Positions 13,050-26,178 of a stretch of 48,349 bases of DNA are shown here, piece by piece. This DNA is from Patellaria atrata CBS 101060. Taxonomy: Eukaryota. The position numbers and the translations under genes are program-made. Location of the stretch: NCBI GenBank assembly GCA_010093705.1, contig MU006120.1, positions 124,001-172,349 of the forward strand, given 5' to 3'. The notes under the pieces are model-generated. The model searched no databases. It was not told the origin of the DNA and saw nothing but the letters and a program-made list of their open reading frames with translations. The first letter of the stretch is position 1; the number at the start of each line of letters is the position of its first letter.

Positions 13050-14550
13050 ATGGATGACTGAATTATTCAGTGAGATCATGGCTAGAACAAGTAGGTTCCC
13101 TCCTAGCTTTTCTACTTCGTTAAGCTAACGCCACAAGTCCCCGTATGATCGGCTTACATCAAGATTAGCTGGGGAAAGGTAGTTGGGTTCATCACTTGTT
13201 AGTGTACAATTATAGAGGAGATGGTGGTAGTCATCATACGGCAATGACGCGGCTCGTCCGTTTTACGACTTTTGACATTAATACGATCCTTAATAGAACA
13301 AATTTAGAATTTACAGATGAACATGACCATTTCACTACTTTGCCTCCCATGTTTACAGCATCCTTCCACCTAGTTCAATTGAGAGGTTATCGAACTATGT
13401 CAAATCCGCCCCATCGGCAGTTTTAAAATTGACCTAGTGGTACGTTTTGTGAGATGAAACTAGTCGAACTTCAAGTGAGAATCGTGCCCATATGACACAC
13501 TATCAATCTTACGCTGGGGGTTCCTATACAGGCTCAGTGTTTTCGAAGGCACAGCACGCCACGTTAAAGCACCCGAGGGCGAGTTCAACGTTCAGATTTG
13601 CAATATCATGTCTTTTTTGGAGGATCAAGGGCGCATGTTCAAGCTTTGACAACTGTGATTTCCTTTTAACGTACTTCCATTATCCCGTTTTAGTCTCTCC
13701 ATATTGCTGGTACAGTTGATCGTTTAAGTGTTGTAGTATTCCCTAATCCACGTGTCCATTTTCTTTATTACATTTCAGACCTAGTCAACCTCATTAGTAT
13801 ACTACAATGGGTTCAAAAAATATAGGACGCAAAATCAGGATGCTATTATACCACACGAAGTTACATAAAGTCCATGAATTCAAGTATAATCTCGCTCATT
13901 CGGATTATCAGAGCTATAAGCACTACACTCTAAAATATATCCAAGGAATCGAAACAACAGACACGACCTCCCTAGCCATCCGAATTTCTTCCCCAGTCTA
14001 CTCATCACAATCAATTTCTCTCTCCATATCCTCTCCTCAACCCTAACTTAACCAAATTTCCATCCCCTAAGCTCTCAAGCTTGATCAGAGACGTATGTTC
14101 AGACTGTCAAACGGAGTAGAGAGCTCTTGCGGTGGCCCTGTGTAGTTGGGTGAAGCGGGAGACGTTGATCTGATGGATGGGGAGGGAATAAACCAGCATA
14201 TATGATGAACCGGGCCGGCGCCGCGGAGGGAGTAGAAGATTTGAAAAGGGGCTTGTAGAGAGGGATGCAGTATCATGGTAGTATTTGGGAACTGTATGGT
14301 TTTGCTGGCTAGTGTTGTTCACTACTTTCATGGTTTGGCCGTTCAGAATGATTGCAAGGTGTGGTGATGGGGGTTGACATGGTCAGCAATATAGGCGAGC
14401 TGAAAGATATTGAACAAAGCTTCAAAGACATCGCAAGTATGGAAGTAATATTGATTGATCACTAAGTGTATGTATGCTACTTTAGAGTGAAGGAGAAATT
14501 ATTATCGATCAAGATCTACCCTTTTTAATAAAGTATCTAGAACTTCCCAG

Positions 14551-15138
14551 CTAAAAATAAAAATATTCAACACCGGACCACCAGGGCGTATTCTCGAAGG
14601 GTTTCGGAATCTGGCCCGCAGGATCCTCTTCTTCCACCCGGTCCAACCTCATTTGCATACCAATATGGCCGCAAGAATACCCGTATCTCGGTAACTTACC
14701 CGCTCTTTGACTCGTCAATTGGCTTTGAAGCAATCCTAACATGACTCTCCTCGGAAAAGGGGTAGGATCTACAAGCAAACCGTTATGTGGGATAAGTCCT
14801 TGCGAGTGGACATCGGGCGTATTTCTCGCGTAGTGCGCTTCCCGAGCACCTCTTTCTCGGTTTATTTGCTCTTGACTTGCTTGATGAGAATGGAGGTCAT
14901 TTCGAGCATCGTTTAGCCGCTGTTGCGCGTCCACTTTCTTCATCATGTTACGTCTTTCTTTAATGGTCTTACCAAGAAACCTATCTTGAAGATCCGTCAG
15001 TTTGCACTTATCGCACCTTCCCGTTAGACGCCGTTCGTACGTCCATCTTTCGCATCGTGCAGTCGGTGACAGCTGTCTTGTGCAGGGAGCAATATCATAA
15101 GCATGGTCGCAAGCATAGATATAGGTACCACGACACAT
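14551..15138 (-). CDS. Hypothetical protein with an N-terminal Cys/His cluster (putative Zn finger) and a helical/coiled region (195 aa)
   Basis: MC-x7-CDH-x6-C-x9-C-x12-CDKC at the N-terminus. Confidence 0.6.
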   Translation of the reverse strand: MCRGTYIYACDHAYDIAPCTRQLSPTARCERWTYERRLTGRCDKCKLTDLQDRFLGKTIKERRNMMKKVDAQQRLNDARNDLHSHQASQEQINRERGAREAHYARNTPDVHSQGLIPHNGLLVDPTPFPRRVMLGLLQSQLTSQRAGKLPRYGYSCGHIGMQMRLDRVEEEDPAGQIPKPFENTPWWSGVEYFYF

Positions 15139-16359
15139 TTGGGTTTGGATATTCGTGATAATAAATATACAGATTAATTTCTGTGAAGAATACGACGTGT
15201 AATTAAGTGTTTGTTAGTGTTGAGTATGCGTCACGATATTACTAGAACTAATGAGGATTCTTGCTTGATTTATATGCCTAAACGCTCTCCAAAGAGAATT
15301 TGATACATTGTGTTGATGACAACGTACACTGAGAAGGACTATGTATTCTGGTAGCGTGGGTGCATTCTACACATTGTACGCTCCTGTTGTGAGAATTGTA
15401 CTGTATCATCACCAATCCACTCATATTTTCCTCGACCAAATACTATAGTGCTATGATAGCAAAAGAAACTTTAGCAACGAGACAAAATATCAGGCGAACT
15501 AGGTGGATGCACTTATAACTTGGGGTTACTGACTTATGAAATCTTATATTGGTCAATCTTTGAACAATTTGAAAATCGCCCAGAGCAAATACAGGAGAGA
15601 GGGTATGGAAAGAAATTCCAAGGCATGATTCGCTGTACGGACTTCCGAATGGACTAGGACTAGAAGCAGAAATATGTGAAATCGCTGGTAAAATTCAAAG
15701 TACCGAAGATAAACGGCTTTGCAGACGCGATACGTGCATGATTCTTGCATAATTAATGCATAGATAGAACACACAACGGTGAGCCAAGCAAGCTGCGTCC
15801 GAGTGAAAAGTGGTCGCATTATTTATACGCAGAAGTACAGCAGAGACCGTGTTCTAGAATGCGTTTAGTGCTACTAGATGTAGGTAGAGCGATGGTGATG
15901 ATTCTGAATAAAGTTGTAAGGTTTCTCGAATTTGAAACAAAATGATTGGAGCACTCATAGGGGCAAAACAGTTGACGGTTCAGTAAAATACTTATAGAAG
16001 TATAGTGAGATGCAGGATGCAGGCTAAAGTCATGTATCGTATGTGGTTGACGACACAGATTGAGAGGCGAATTGAAACAGAGACTCAAACGGGTTCCGAC
16101 TCTTTTGCCTCCCTTGCTCTGCCTCAAGAAAGGCCAGAATTTGGATGTGAAGAACAGGGCACAGATATCCCTGACGATAATTGAGATCTTGAGACGCAAG
16201 TAGATCGCTTAAACGAGTAACAGAATTTCCTTCGAGTCAACATGGCCGGGTGAACCCTACGACTGATGCCGTTGAGGATGTTATCCTAACAATCTAGGAG
16301 ATATCATCTATGTGAGATAGATAAGTTAGAGCAAGATGTCCAAAGACCATAGATATATA

Positions 16360-16972
16360 GATTAATTATTGAGAAAATAAGGGGTAAAAAAAAGAATAAA
16401 TAAAGAAATAATTTAACCAAATAGAGTAAAGTGCGAATTTAGTAGCTAAATATATAAAATCCGTAATTTAGAAAAAAAAATTATAAAATTATATAAATAA
16501 AAAAGATAAAATTAAATTAAAAAAAATAAAATAAAATATTATTATTAATAATTAAAAAAAAGAAAATAATTTATTTTTATTTATTTAAAATAATATTAAT
16601 TAATTTTATATAATAAAAATATAATTATAATTAAAAAATAATTATTATATATAAATATTTTATTAATTTATTTAATTTATTTATAATTTTTTTTAAATAA
16701 ATTTTTTTTTAATTTATTAATTATATATATTTATAATTTTAAATTATAATATTAATATAATTTTTTACTTTATAATTATAATAATTTTATAATAAAATTT
16801 TTATTTATTTTTAATAATTAATAATTAAAATTTATTTTAAAATTATTATATTAATTAAAAATTCTTTTTATTTTTAAATTTATTTTCTTTATTTTAATAA
16901 ATTAAATTATTTAATATAAATTTTTTTTTAAATTATTTATTAAATATATTTATATTTATTGATTACTTTTTC
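16360..16972. mobile_element. Extremely AT-rich island, probably a RIP-degraded repeat relic
   Basis: About 600 bp almost devoid of C and G and rich in TpA, with abrupt borders against normal-GC DNA; the original element is unrecognisable. Confidence 0.75.
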
Positions 16973-17479
16973 TCTAGGCTATAGATTCCGTATATCCGGC
17001 TACTAATTTTGCACTTCACTCTCGAAGCGTTGAAGCCATAGAAGCTAACCGGTTGTGGGGAGTGTGGTAGGTACCGAAGCGCCCAAAGCTCCTTCCCGTC
17101 TCTCCGAGGGGTTTCCGACTCCCAAGGCCAAGGGGAAGGTGCGACACAAAGCCAACCGAAGAGGCACCACCAGGACTGTAAACTCGACGAATCCCAGTTT
17201 CTATCCTCCTTACGGGCAACACGTCTCTATTAATAAATTAGTATGCTTTCAAGAACTTCGAAAATCTCTCCAAAGATTCGTTATCGCATCCATCTCAACC
17301 TCAAGCGCCCACCCTTGGGCACTACGTTCATCTAATCCTCCCTCACTATTTACGGTTTTTGTTGATTGGCTTCATACTCCGTCTCACTAGCGGTCGCATC
17401 ACATCGCTTCACGCTGCTGTAGAACGCGCATCTTTAGTTCACATCGGCTCCTTTGTTTTTGTCCTACCACACCTTAGCA

Positions 17480-19448
17480 ATGAAGAGGACATCTTTTCTC
17501 CAGCTTTCTGATCTCGTAGGATATCCAATTATTCCCCTCCACCTGACACAACATCATGTACGGCCAATACTTTGAAAAATCTATAGCTAACTCCAAATCG
17601 CAGAAGCTACCTTCGAGATCCGAGACAAAGGCTCTGAAAGCAGAACTTGAAGCTCACTATGACCCTCCCCCAAACCCCGCGCTTATCAACCGTCGTCCAC
17701 TGTCCCCGAAACTTGAAGCTGAACTTCGATCAGCATGCGCTGCTGTGATGTACGGGAATGCTTATACCGAGCAGAGCGCAAAGGCACGGCCTATAGAAGT
17801 CACCATTCCGAGAAAAGAACGTCGGAAAAGGGCAGATTCGCCGCCACCGGACGGTCCAGTTGTTCAGACGAGAACACATCGGTCTAAGGAGCAAATCGAG
17901 AGGACGGCAAGTAGTCAATCTATTCAACGTTTACGAAAAGATAGTGCGGAGCATCATTATCACCGTGCGGAAAGCATTCAACCAGTGATACAACCGAATG
18001 TTAGCCGCCGCCGCGGAGAACCTTTACGGCAGGATCGCATCAAGGATACCTTAAACCACACTCGCAAAGATTCAAGTCAGGTCTACCAAGATCTCTTAAA
18101 TCATACGATATCTCGTCCGGTCATTGAGAGACCTCAAACTGGACCCTTCCCCGATCCTCGCTCAGATACGCCAGAAACAAAAAGTTCAACACCGATGACT
18201 ACCTCTACTGATCGGGCGAACCACTCAAACTCAACTGCTTTGACGTCGGCAGTCCTGACACCAAATCGAAGTTCGAAGCGTGGATCAAAACAAGCTCCGT
18301 CGGAGCTTCCTTCCGTTGCTCATTCGGACGAGATCACTACAGAATGGATGCGCCAAGAACTAGAAAGACGCCGGATTGAAGCTTTACGGCAACAAGAACG
18401 AGCTAGGTCACGTAGTAGGTCCGCGAGCCGGACAAGAAGCATTACTTCTGGAATTAAGGAATACATACGACCAGGTAGCAGCTCGATGAGCAGGCCTGCT
18501 TCGCGGGATTCATTACGGAGCAAGTCATCCGATCATGGAGTGGAGCGTAGCTCTTCAACTCGTGGTTGGCGGAGTTGGGGTCTGCAAAGGAAGGGTAGCA
18601 GTAGCAGCATCGCGAGTAATCGGCCAGAGAGTTCTAGAGGTCGTTCGAATTCAAGACATGAGGAGCAAAACAAATCGGAGATCAACCTTAACAGGGAGCT
18701 CCCGCCCCTTCCCAAACTCGACCAGTGGAAAGAGCATTCTGGAGACTCTCCTCAAAAGCAAAAACAGGCTGCAAATACGCACATTGCGAATTTGATGCGT
18801 TCCACAACAGCACAACAGGTTGATCTGAGTGTTGATCACGACTCCAAAGAGGAAATAACAAAGTCTAGCACTCATTATAAGACGCAAAATAGTGGTGGTT
18901 CTAGCTCGAAATCCTTAGGCAACGATTCTACTGGTTCTTTGACAGAAAAGGATGGACGACGTATGTCAAAAGGGCTTCCGCTACCACCTAATCAGGATTT
19001 CCATGAATTGGTATCCTCTTTCGGAAATGATATGGGAGAGACCGAGCTGGAGCCGCAGCCGAGAATCAAACGCACCGCGGAGCCGAGGCCTCATACAAGC
19101 ATTGACAGGCAACAACAAGCGGCGGCAACGGCACCCTCATCGAAATTCAGTCTAGATCAGAGAAGGCCGCAAACACCCAGCTTCAGTCGAAAGATTAGCG
19201 CTGATGCTGCGCGAGCCCATACTTCGCACGGACGATATGGGCGAGGGGCTGAAAATTCCTGGTCCGAGACACGCCCATCTACAGAACACAAGCAGCTCAA
19301 GTTTCTTCGTAAGGCTATCAGTGCTTGGATGCTGGGAGGTAAAAAGGAGAAAAAACTGCATGCGGCGGATGGTATGCAGGGTCATGGTGTTAGGCCTAGC
19401 GTCATGGGTGCAGATGAGGCGGCTGGATCGCCCGTTGTGCGTTATTGA
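17480..19448 (+). CDS. Hypothetical Ser/Arg-rich, probably disordered protein (~640 aa). Exon 1 17480-17557, exon 2 17604-19448
   Basis: Long ORF; intron GTACGG..GCTAAC..CGCAG joins MKRTSFLQLSDLVGYPIIPLH in frame; contains NLNRELPPLP and SKGLPLPP Pro motifs. Confidence 0.75.
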
Positions 19449-20184
19449 TGTTTTTTTTACGATGATGATGATACACATTATGAGACCATGAGGGATGAAA
19501 ACCACTTACTGTAATATGCACAGACCAGGCCTCAAATTAGGTAGTATACCACAGTAGAGTAAGCGATGAATATGTATATCTCATGATAAGTATCGACAAG
19601 ATATTCAAATGAAACAAAAAGTGATTGGTACTTATTCTGGTGGTTCTGTCGGAGGGATGATATAGCAATAACGTGGTTTGTCTTCCCGCGGGGGTCTGAT
19701 TTCATAATGCGTCAAGGGTAGTAAGGCAGGTATTAAGTACCAATGCACTGAGGAAGCACTGGTATCTGTTCAATATCTAAATCTTGCCACTTTCTCATCT
19801 CTACAACAAAACTCTAGTCTGATTTCCTTTCTTCTCCTTCTTGGGGGCCAACCATCTGAACGGAGCTTGAAGATGTGTTGATGCGCTAACGAGTCTATTG
19901 CGACTTGTGCACTTGCCTTTGAAAACTCATTCTCACCACCAGCGCTGACGGGAAGAAAACCCCACGTTTTACTCTGATGGAATTCAATTGATTCAATTGA
20001 TTCGAGACATTCGTTCCTTAATCGCGTATATGTTTTCTTACCTTACCTTTCAACTCGTTAGTCATCCCCAATCCCCGCCACTCTGGCTACACCTTAAACT
20101 TTATGGATAAATAATACCATAATTTCATTACTTGCCTTAGCGCTATCATTAGGGCGATTCCTCAGTTTCTACAGCCTTATTAAG

Positions 20185-21156
20185 ATGTGCAAAATACAAC
20201 GATATCGCTACACGTGTGGTCACAGCTCTACTCATCGACATTCACAGTGCCGCGCTACATATATCCCGAGGAAGCGAGCTAAAATTTCGTCTAGTCTGGC
20301 AGCCTGTCACGCACAGCCATATCTCGTCCTTTGCTCGAAATGGAAGTGTGGTCCCTGTCAGAGCGAGCAATTCAACGAAGATTGGATGAAGCGAATCGAG
20401 AAAGCACGAGAAGAGTTTCAGGCTGCATTGAAAAGGATTGCACCCCATCTGGTTGAAGAATGGGGCGGCTACGACCTCAGAAGCCTTCCATGTAGCGCGG
20501 AAAGGGATGAACTCGAGCGATTGGAAAGAGTTGTAGACGAGTTAGAAGAAGAGCGAGGGTTGGCTGGTTGGACTATGCGAGAAAGGTTTCCCAATATGTG
20601 TAGGGAGCCGTACGAGCGTTCCAAGTGTTCCGAAAAGGTTCTAAAGCCGTCACTGTTGAGGTACGAAGTCAAACCTGAAGAGGTGGTTGAGAAGACCAAG
20701 GTGTTGTTCGGTGGCGAGAAGTTTGTACCCCGGAAGCATTTCACATTTCACAGCTTCTTCAAGGAGGAGTACAGTATCGTGGGCCCCTATGTCGACTACG
20801 ATGATCTCGCGGAACAGACCATGGAATTGTCCGCATGGGGCCTGTTTTGGGGTGAAGCAATGTCTGGAGTCGCCTATGGTCCGAAAGCAAAGGTTGACCC
20901 TAAAGCGAACGCAAATTTTGTTGCGAAGGGACCCAGAGCAAAGAGCAAGGAGTTCTCGAAAGCGACAAGTCCACCTATGAAACAGAATCCCACAAGTCCC
21001 AAAGCAAACAAGAGGACATTCTTTGAGAGTGCTATCGAGAGCGACGTCTCTGATGCGGAATCCTCCACAGCTACCTCGTCGCGGCGACAGAGCAAACAAC
21101 CCCTTCGCCGGGTTGACAGCTTCTTCGATGAGACTTCACCTCCACCGCCGGTCTAG
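20185..21156 (+). CDS. Hypothetical protein with N-terminal MC..CGH..CxxC putative Zn finger; the frame continues through three stops to 22044
   Basis: MC-x8-CGH-x8-C-x18-C-x13-CGPC followed by a charged helical region; ORF 21208-21744 is in the same frame. Confidence 0.65.
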   Translation: MCKIQRYRYTCGHSSTHRHSQCRATYIPRKRAKISSSLAACHAQPYLVLCSKWKCGPCQSEQFNEDWMKRIEKAREEFQAALKRIAPHLVEEWGGYDLRSLPCSAERDELERLERVVDELEEERGLAGWTMRERFPNMCREPYERSKCSEKVLKPSLLRYEVKPEEVVEKTKVLFGGEKFVPRKHFTFHSFFKEEYSIVGPYVDYDDLAEQTMELSAWGLFWGEAMSGVAYGPKAKVDPKANANFVAKGPRAKSKEFSKATSPPMKQNPTSPKANKRTFFESAIESDVSDAESSTATSSRRQSKQPLRRVDSFFDETSPPPPV

Positions 21157-22613
21157 TTCAATCCGAGGGTACATACCGAGTACACACCACCACCCACTCC
21201 CCCTTCGATGATTAGTGAGGACACGCCACCACTACCCGCGTCACCTTCAATAATGAGCGTGTCTAGCATCCTGTCATCCATCGACCTAGTTCCTCGGACC
21301 GAAGAGCTTGTATCCAGATCATCTACCGAAGAGTTTTTCCCGAGACAAGCTTCACATCATCAATCGGGTAATGATACACTCATTGGTCTTGTTCCCGAAG
21401 ACAAATACCTTCGAGAGAGATCAAATACCAGAAACTCTCCCCCACCGAAAACTCCACACCATCAAGCAAGCATCTTCTCAGACCAGCCGCCACAGACCAG
21501 ACACTCTTCGCCCAGGCTCAACACCAGTCAGTCACCACCGCACCAACCTTTCCATTATCATTCCAAACGCCTCCCATCCGTCAGCCAGCTACCCCGTACC
21601 CAAGAATTCCATGATAGACCATGGACCCGAACGCCATCCTCATACCACCAACCACTCCCCCCTATATCTCTACCCCCACACACCAGGGATCCTCCAGAAA
21701 GCTCCCACACCCACATACCCATGACGCGGACATCACCTACCTAACTTTCACATCACCACAAGATCATCTCATCCGCCAACACGGTTCCTCACACCGGCGA
21801 TCTCACGCATAGAACAAACAGAATAACGTCGCCGCCGCCGCAATCCCAGCTTCAGTACCGCTACGGCAGCTTACCGTCTATGCATCATCCCCTGCAGCCC
21901 AAAGACCCGCCTATGGATCCTTACACCGAAGCGTCGGCTCCGTAGCAGGGTCGGCGCTCCGCCCCTGGCATACCGCACGAGCATCAGGATCGGAATGTGC
22001 GGCAGGAGCATGATGGCGGGATGCAGGATGCTTGGTTCGATTAATACCTTATTCTTACATCCTATTAGGAAGAAAGAAGGGGGGGTGGTGTGGAGGGTTT
22101 AGTCATTGGGTTCGGCCTTTTGAAGTTCTGGACGGGATCAGCGATGCATAGCAGTGCGAATTAATCTCGGACTTCGGGGTTCTATTTCTTCCGTTTACGG
22201 GGCTGTGTTTATAGAAGTGAGGGATTGCACGGGGGTTTCATTCATGAATTCATTTTAAGGGGCGTAGGGTTATGGGAGACAGCAGGATTACCGATATTTG
22301 CCTTTCACTATACCATAATAGTTTTGTTTTGAATGAATTCACTTAATCGTGATTGAGTTTTCTTTTTTTACGGTTCCTGCGAGCTATGCTCCACTAAGTG
22401 TTAGTCGTCTACAACGTCTCATGGATATTCTCGCACCATCTTTCATGACACAAACCTTGAAATGCCATGATATCCGCGCGATGATTCCTCGGACGAGGTT
22501 CAAGTATAAATGCCCGCTCATGCCTAGCGTCAAGATTGCTCCCCCAGCGCAACATTATTCAACACATCACACTATTCTTTCCTCATAATTAACCCTCATA
22601 ATACCCTCATACC

Positions 22614-24200
22614 CTAGCCCCTGGCACCGACACCCGGGCTCGGAAAAGCACCGGCTCCATTCCCCATCATATCCATAAAACTCGCCATTCCGCCCATTCC
22701 ACCAGCTGATTCAGCACCGGGGAGAAAATTGCTTCCTACGCCACCAGCGCCCATATGTCCTCCACCCATACCGAGTCCAGGACCCATCGGACCGGGTTTA
22801 TTGCTCTTCGCGATCTCGATAATCGCATGCTTGCGTCCGAACTCCCTCGCGTCGGCGGCAGATGTGGTGACGGCTTCCAGTAGGGACACTAGGGCTGTAT
22901 CTGACTTTTGGGCACGGGTTTCGTTTGCGAAGGTTTCGGTGTTGGGGGGCACTAAGAGGGGGAGACGGCGGGTTAGGGACAGGAGGGCGCGGAGGAGGGG
23001 ATGGTCTATGGGTGAAGAAGAAGTAGAAGTTGCCGGGTTCTCAGTAGATGTGGAGGATGTGAAGGGGAGACTGGGGTCGGTAAGGTAAGAGGGGGGAAGA
23101 GAGGAGAGGTAAGACTGCAGGAGATGGATGCGGGTTTGGAGCATGCGGATTGCGTTGCTTTTTGCGGTTATGGAGGCGAGGACTGCAGTTGGGTCAGTCT
23201 CTTCTTTGGCCTACAGATGCATTCTGTGGGGATTGGAGCTGTATACCTTCTTCATCCTCCGGGGAAAGTCCATCTCCAATTTCTGACGCTCCATTGACTT
23301 GTGTGCCCTCCTCTACCGCTTTGGCCTTCCCTTTCCCCTTATCCACCTCCTGGCTCTCGGCAGGCGTCTCCGTCTTGGTAACTGCTGTCGCATTGCCGCC
23401 TCCCCTTGCGACAAAATCCACGGCGATCATTTCCGCTTCGCCCGTCTCAATTGAAAACACTAGTTCTTTAAACTTTAGTTGGCGTGCGGGTGCTTCACCT
23501 TCTACCTCCATCGCGCCGCCGGTTTCCCAGGAGCTCTCGTAGAGCGTGAGAGGCATTTTGCCGCCAGACATGTTGCCTTGAAGCACGGTGGTGGGGTGGA
23601 AAAGCATGAGGATGATGGACTCGTTGTAGACTTCTTGGAGATTTGCATGGATGGGGAGATGGTGTGGTTGAGGGCCGCTTGAGGGGCCGAGGGTAAACCA
23701 ACCGACTAGATCCAGGCCTTTATAGACGTCCTTGACTGAAATTGCAATTAGCTTATACTGCGTGTAGAGTATAAGAAACGAGCATTTTGTTGTCATAGAT
23801 TTCCCTCTTCTTAGGAGATCTATTGTTCGACTAGGCTCCCAGGGTTTGCAATAGTGATTCCCCCCGGCTAAAACGTCTCTTCATAAGAGGTAGTATCTGA
23901 CTTACATTGCTCTAATCGCTGATCGAACCACGTACAATTCAACCTGATCTCTCCCTCTGGCGCCGTTGTGACCAAACATTCGAACGCAACCTCCATAGTG
24001 ATCTCACGACCATTTTGCTTTCCCAAAATGGCTCCGACCACAGGACCATTCAACCGTCTTAAAGTATGTCGAGTTATAAAGTCCGAAATCGTGAGAAGGA
24101 CGAGCGGGTGGAGCTGGATTTCGGGGCTCGTGTCTGACGCCCTCGCTGTTGATAATAAAGAATTTGGTGCGGCATCTACATCTTCTAGTTGTGATTTCAT
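22614..24200 (-). CDS. CSN6: COP9 signalosome subunit 6 (MPN- domain). Exons 24200-23906, 23735-23247, 23182-22614
   Basis: LHPLVLLTISDFITR, VVGAILGKQNGREI, QFKDVYKGLDLVGWF, ETGEAEMIAVDFVARGGGNA, NAIRMLQTRI..L..YL. Confidence 0.92.
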
Positions 24201-24772
24201 GGTCGTCAGTGGGAAAAGAAGGATGTGCAAGTTCTAGCTTTGCAAAAACTAGAGAGCCGCAAGGATGTGCGATAGGATTGTTCAGAGGAAGAATTGCTGT
24301 GCAAAGTTGTGTTTGAAGCTCCAGTTGCCTGAAGCTCTCTCGTCATCTCAGGACGGGAAATTCCTATAGCAGGTTGGTCGGCTAAAGTTCGGTAGCGAGC
24401 GGCGATCTGGCGGGGATCTTGAATTGACCTCAACGACACTTTAGGTTATCAGCTATATTACAAAACACTAAGGGTTTTCCCCTAATATCACTATGAAATT
24501 TTGTCAGATCATGAACATAATTCTCAATGATTATCGATCGTCAATATTAAGGTACATATTGCAACTTTTCGAACCGTGCCAGAAAATTCTACCCTTGTAA
24601 ACCAGTCTTTTGTATCCCAATTCCCAAACAATATCCATCTCTTGTAAGTGAAGTCTACCCAATATTCCGAGGACGCCTTCATAAGCCCAGTCTTATGATC
24701 GAACCGTAGTCTAGCTAGTCAAATCTATCCCACAACCTCTATAGAACAATTTGCGGAACGCTAGACATTACA

Positions 24773-26178
24773 TTAGGATTCAACGACAATCTTTAGGACG
24801 AGATTTCCGTCCGCATCGACGCCCTTGCCAGCAAGTTCGAAGGCTTCCTTCGCGGCGCCGAGGCCTTTAAATCTATGGGTCACCATATCATCAAGACTTG
24901 GTAGAACCCCGGAGGAAAGGATCTTGATACCAATCGGATAAGTATTGGCGTAACGAAAGATTCCGATTATATCGACTTCTTTTAGATGTGAAGCCGACAT
25001 TGGAAGGGTCTGAACGGGAGTACCCATTCCCACCATAACTAATTGACCGCCAGGTCTTGTTGTCTGCAAAAGTCAGCAAGGATTCGAAATTCGGTCTGGG
25101 TCTTCATCGACAGTACATACGTAAAGGCCAGTTTGCATGCAGATCTCCTTTCCGGTGCAGTCAAAAGTGACATCTGCACCTTCAACGTCTAGCTCCCCAG
25201 CACAGGCGACGTCGACAATCCCGGAAGCGAGATCTTTGGCCGTATGGAATTGACTAGGTTCATCGTGGTGATGTTTATTAGGTCTAATAACATAGCCTTT
25301 CGTTGCGAATCCATTTCGAATAGCGTATTCGACGCGCCTTGCGTTGATATCTGCTATCAGAACTGTGGTGGCGCCGGATAGCTTTGTCATAGCAGCGACG
25401 AGCATGCCGACGCTACCGGCACCGAAGACGATAACAGTATCACCTTGCTCTATCGTTGCTCTTCTCGTTGCGTGAATTGCGACGGAGAGAGGTTCTAATA
25501 GAGCAGCTGAATCTAGAGAGATGTGCGCTGGGATTCTAGCGAGGGTTCAGCCTCTCGCTCATGCAAGGCAAAAGTCTAAAAAACGTACTTGTGACACCAC
25601 TTCGCAGGATGGTTAATTCGTTCCTGCAGAGTACCCTGGAAATGGGGTACCGATTTTGCACTACTTCGAAACCTCATCTTCGGGCACAGATTATATCTGC
25701 CTCGTAGACAAGATCTGCAATTGTCACATGGAACACCTACTTCCAATGCAACTCGATCTCCGATCTGGAATCCAGATACAGCATCTCCAAGGGCGACCAC
25801 GATTCCGGCAGATTCGTGACCTAGGGAAAGCGGCGCTGACGCTTGCAGATCACCATTTCGGAATTTGTTGTAGTAAGAAACGTCACTGCCGCAAACACCA
25901 GTTGCTTTGACAGCAATCTGGAGTTCGTTAGGTGCAGGATCTGAGATTGTTCTCGTTTCCTAATACGATGTTAGCTTGAACTCTAGTTGACGATTTCCCC
26001 AGATACCCCACGATGTTGTGTGGGATATGTAGGTAAGAACGGGAAGGTAGAAAAAGCAAAGTTCAGTCCGTACCAGACGTAGGTCCCTTGGCCCATGCAA
26101 GACGGAAGCTTGAATCGTAGCCTTATTGTAATGCCTCACGGGGATTGGATAGATGTCGGCTAATGCTGTTGGAGCCAT
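24773..26178 (-). CDS. Zn-dependent NAD+ polyol dehydrogenase (sorbitol/xylitol dehydrogenase family), 4 exons
   Basis: CGSD, LGHES, structural Zn motif CDNCRSC..GRYNLC, LLEPLSVAIHA, GAGSVG, FDCTG, GIFRYANTYP. Confidence 0.93.

Noticed and set aside
13950..14331. Short minus-strand ORFs downstream of the precursor as an extra cluster gene
   Set aside because: Multiple stops, no recognisable motif and no convincing splice model.
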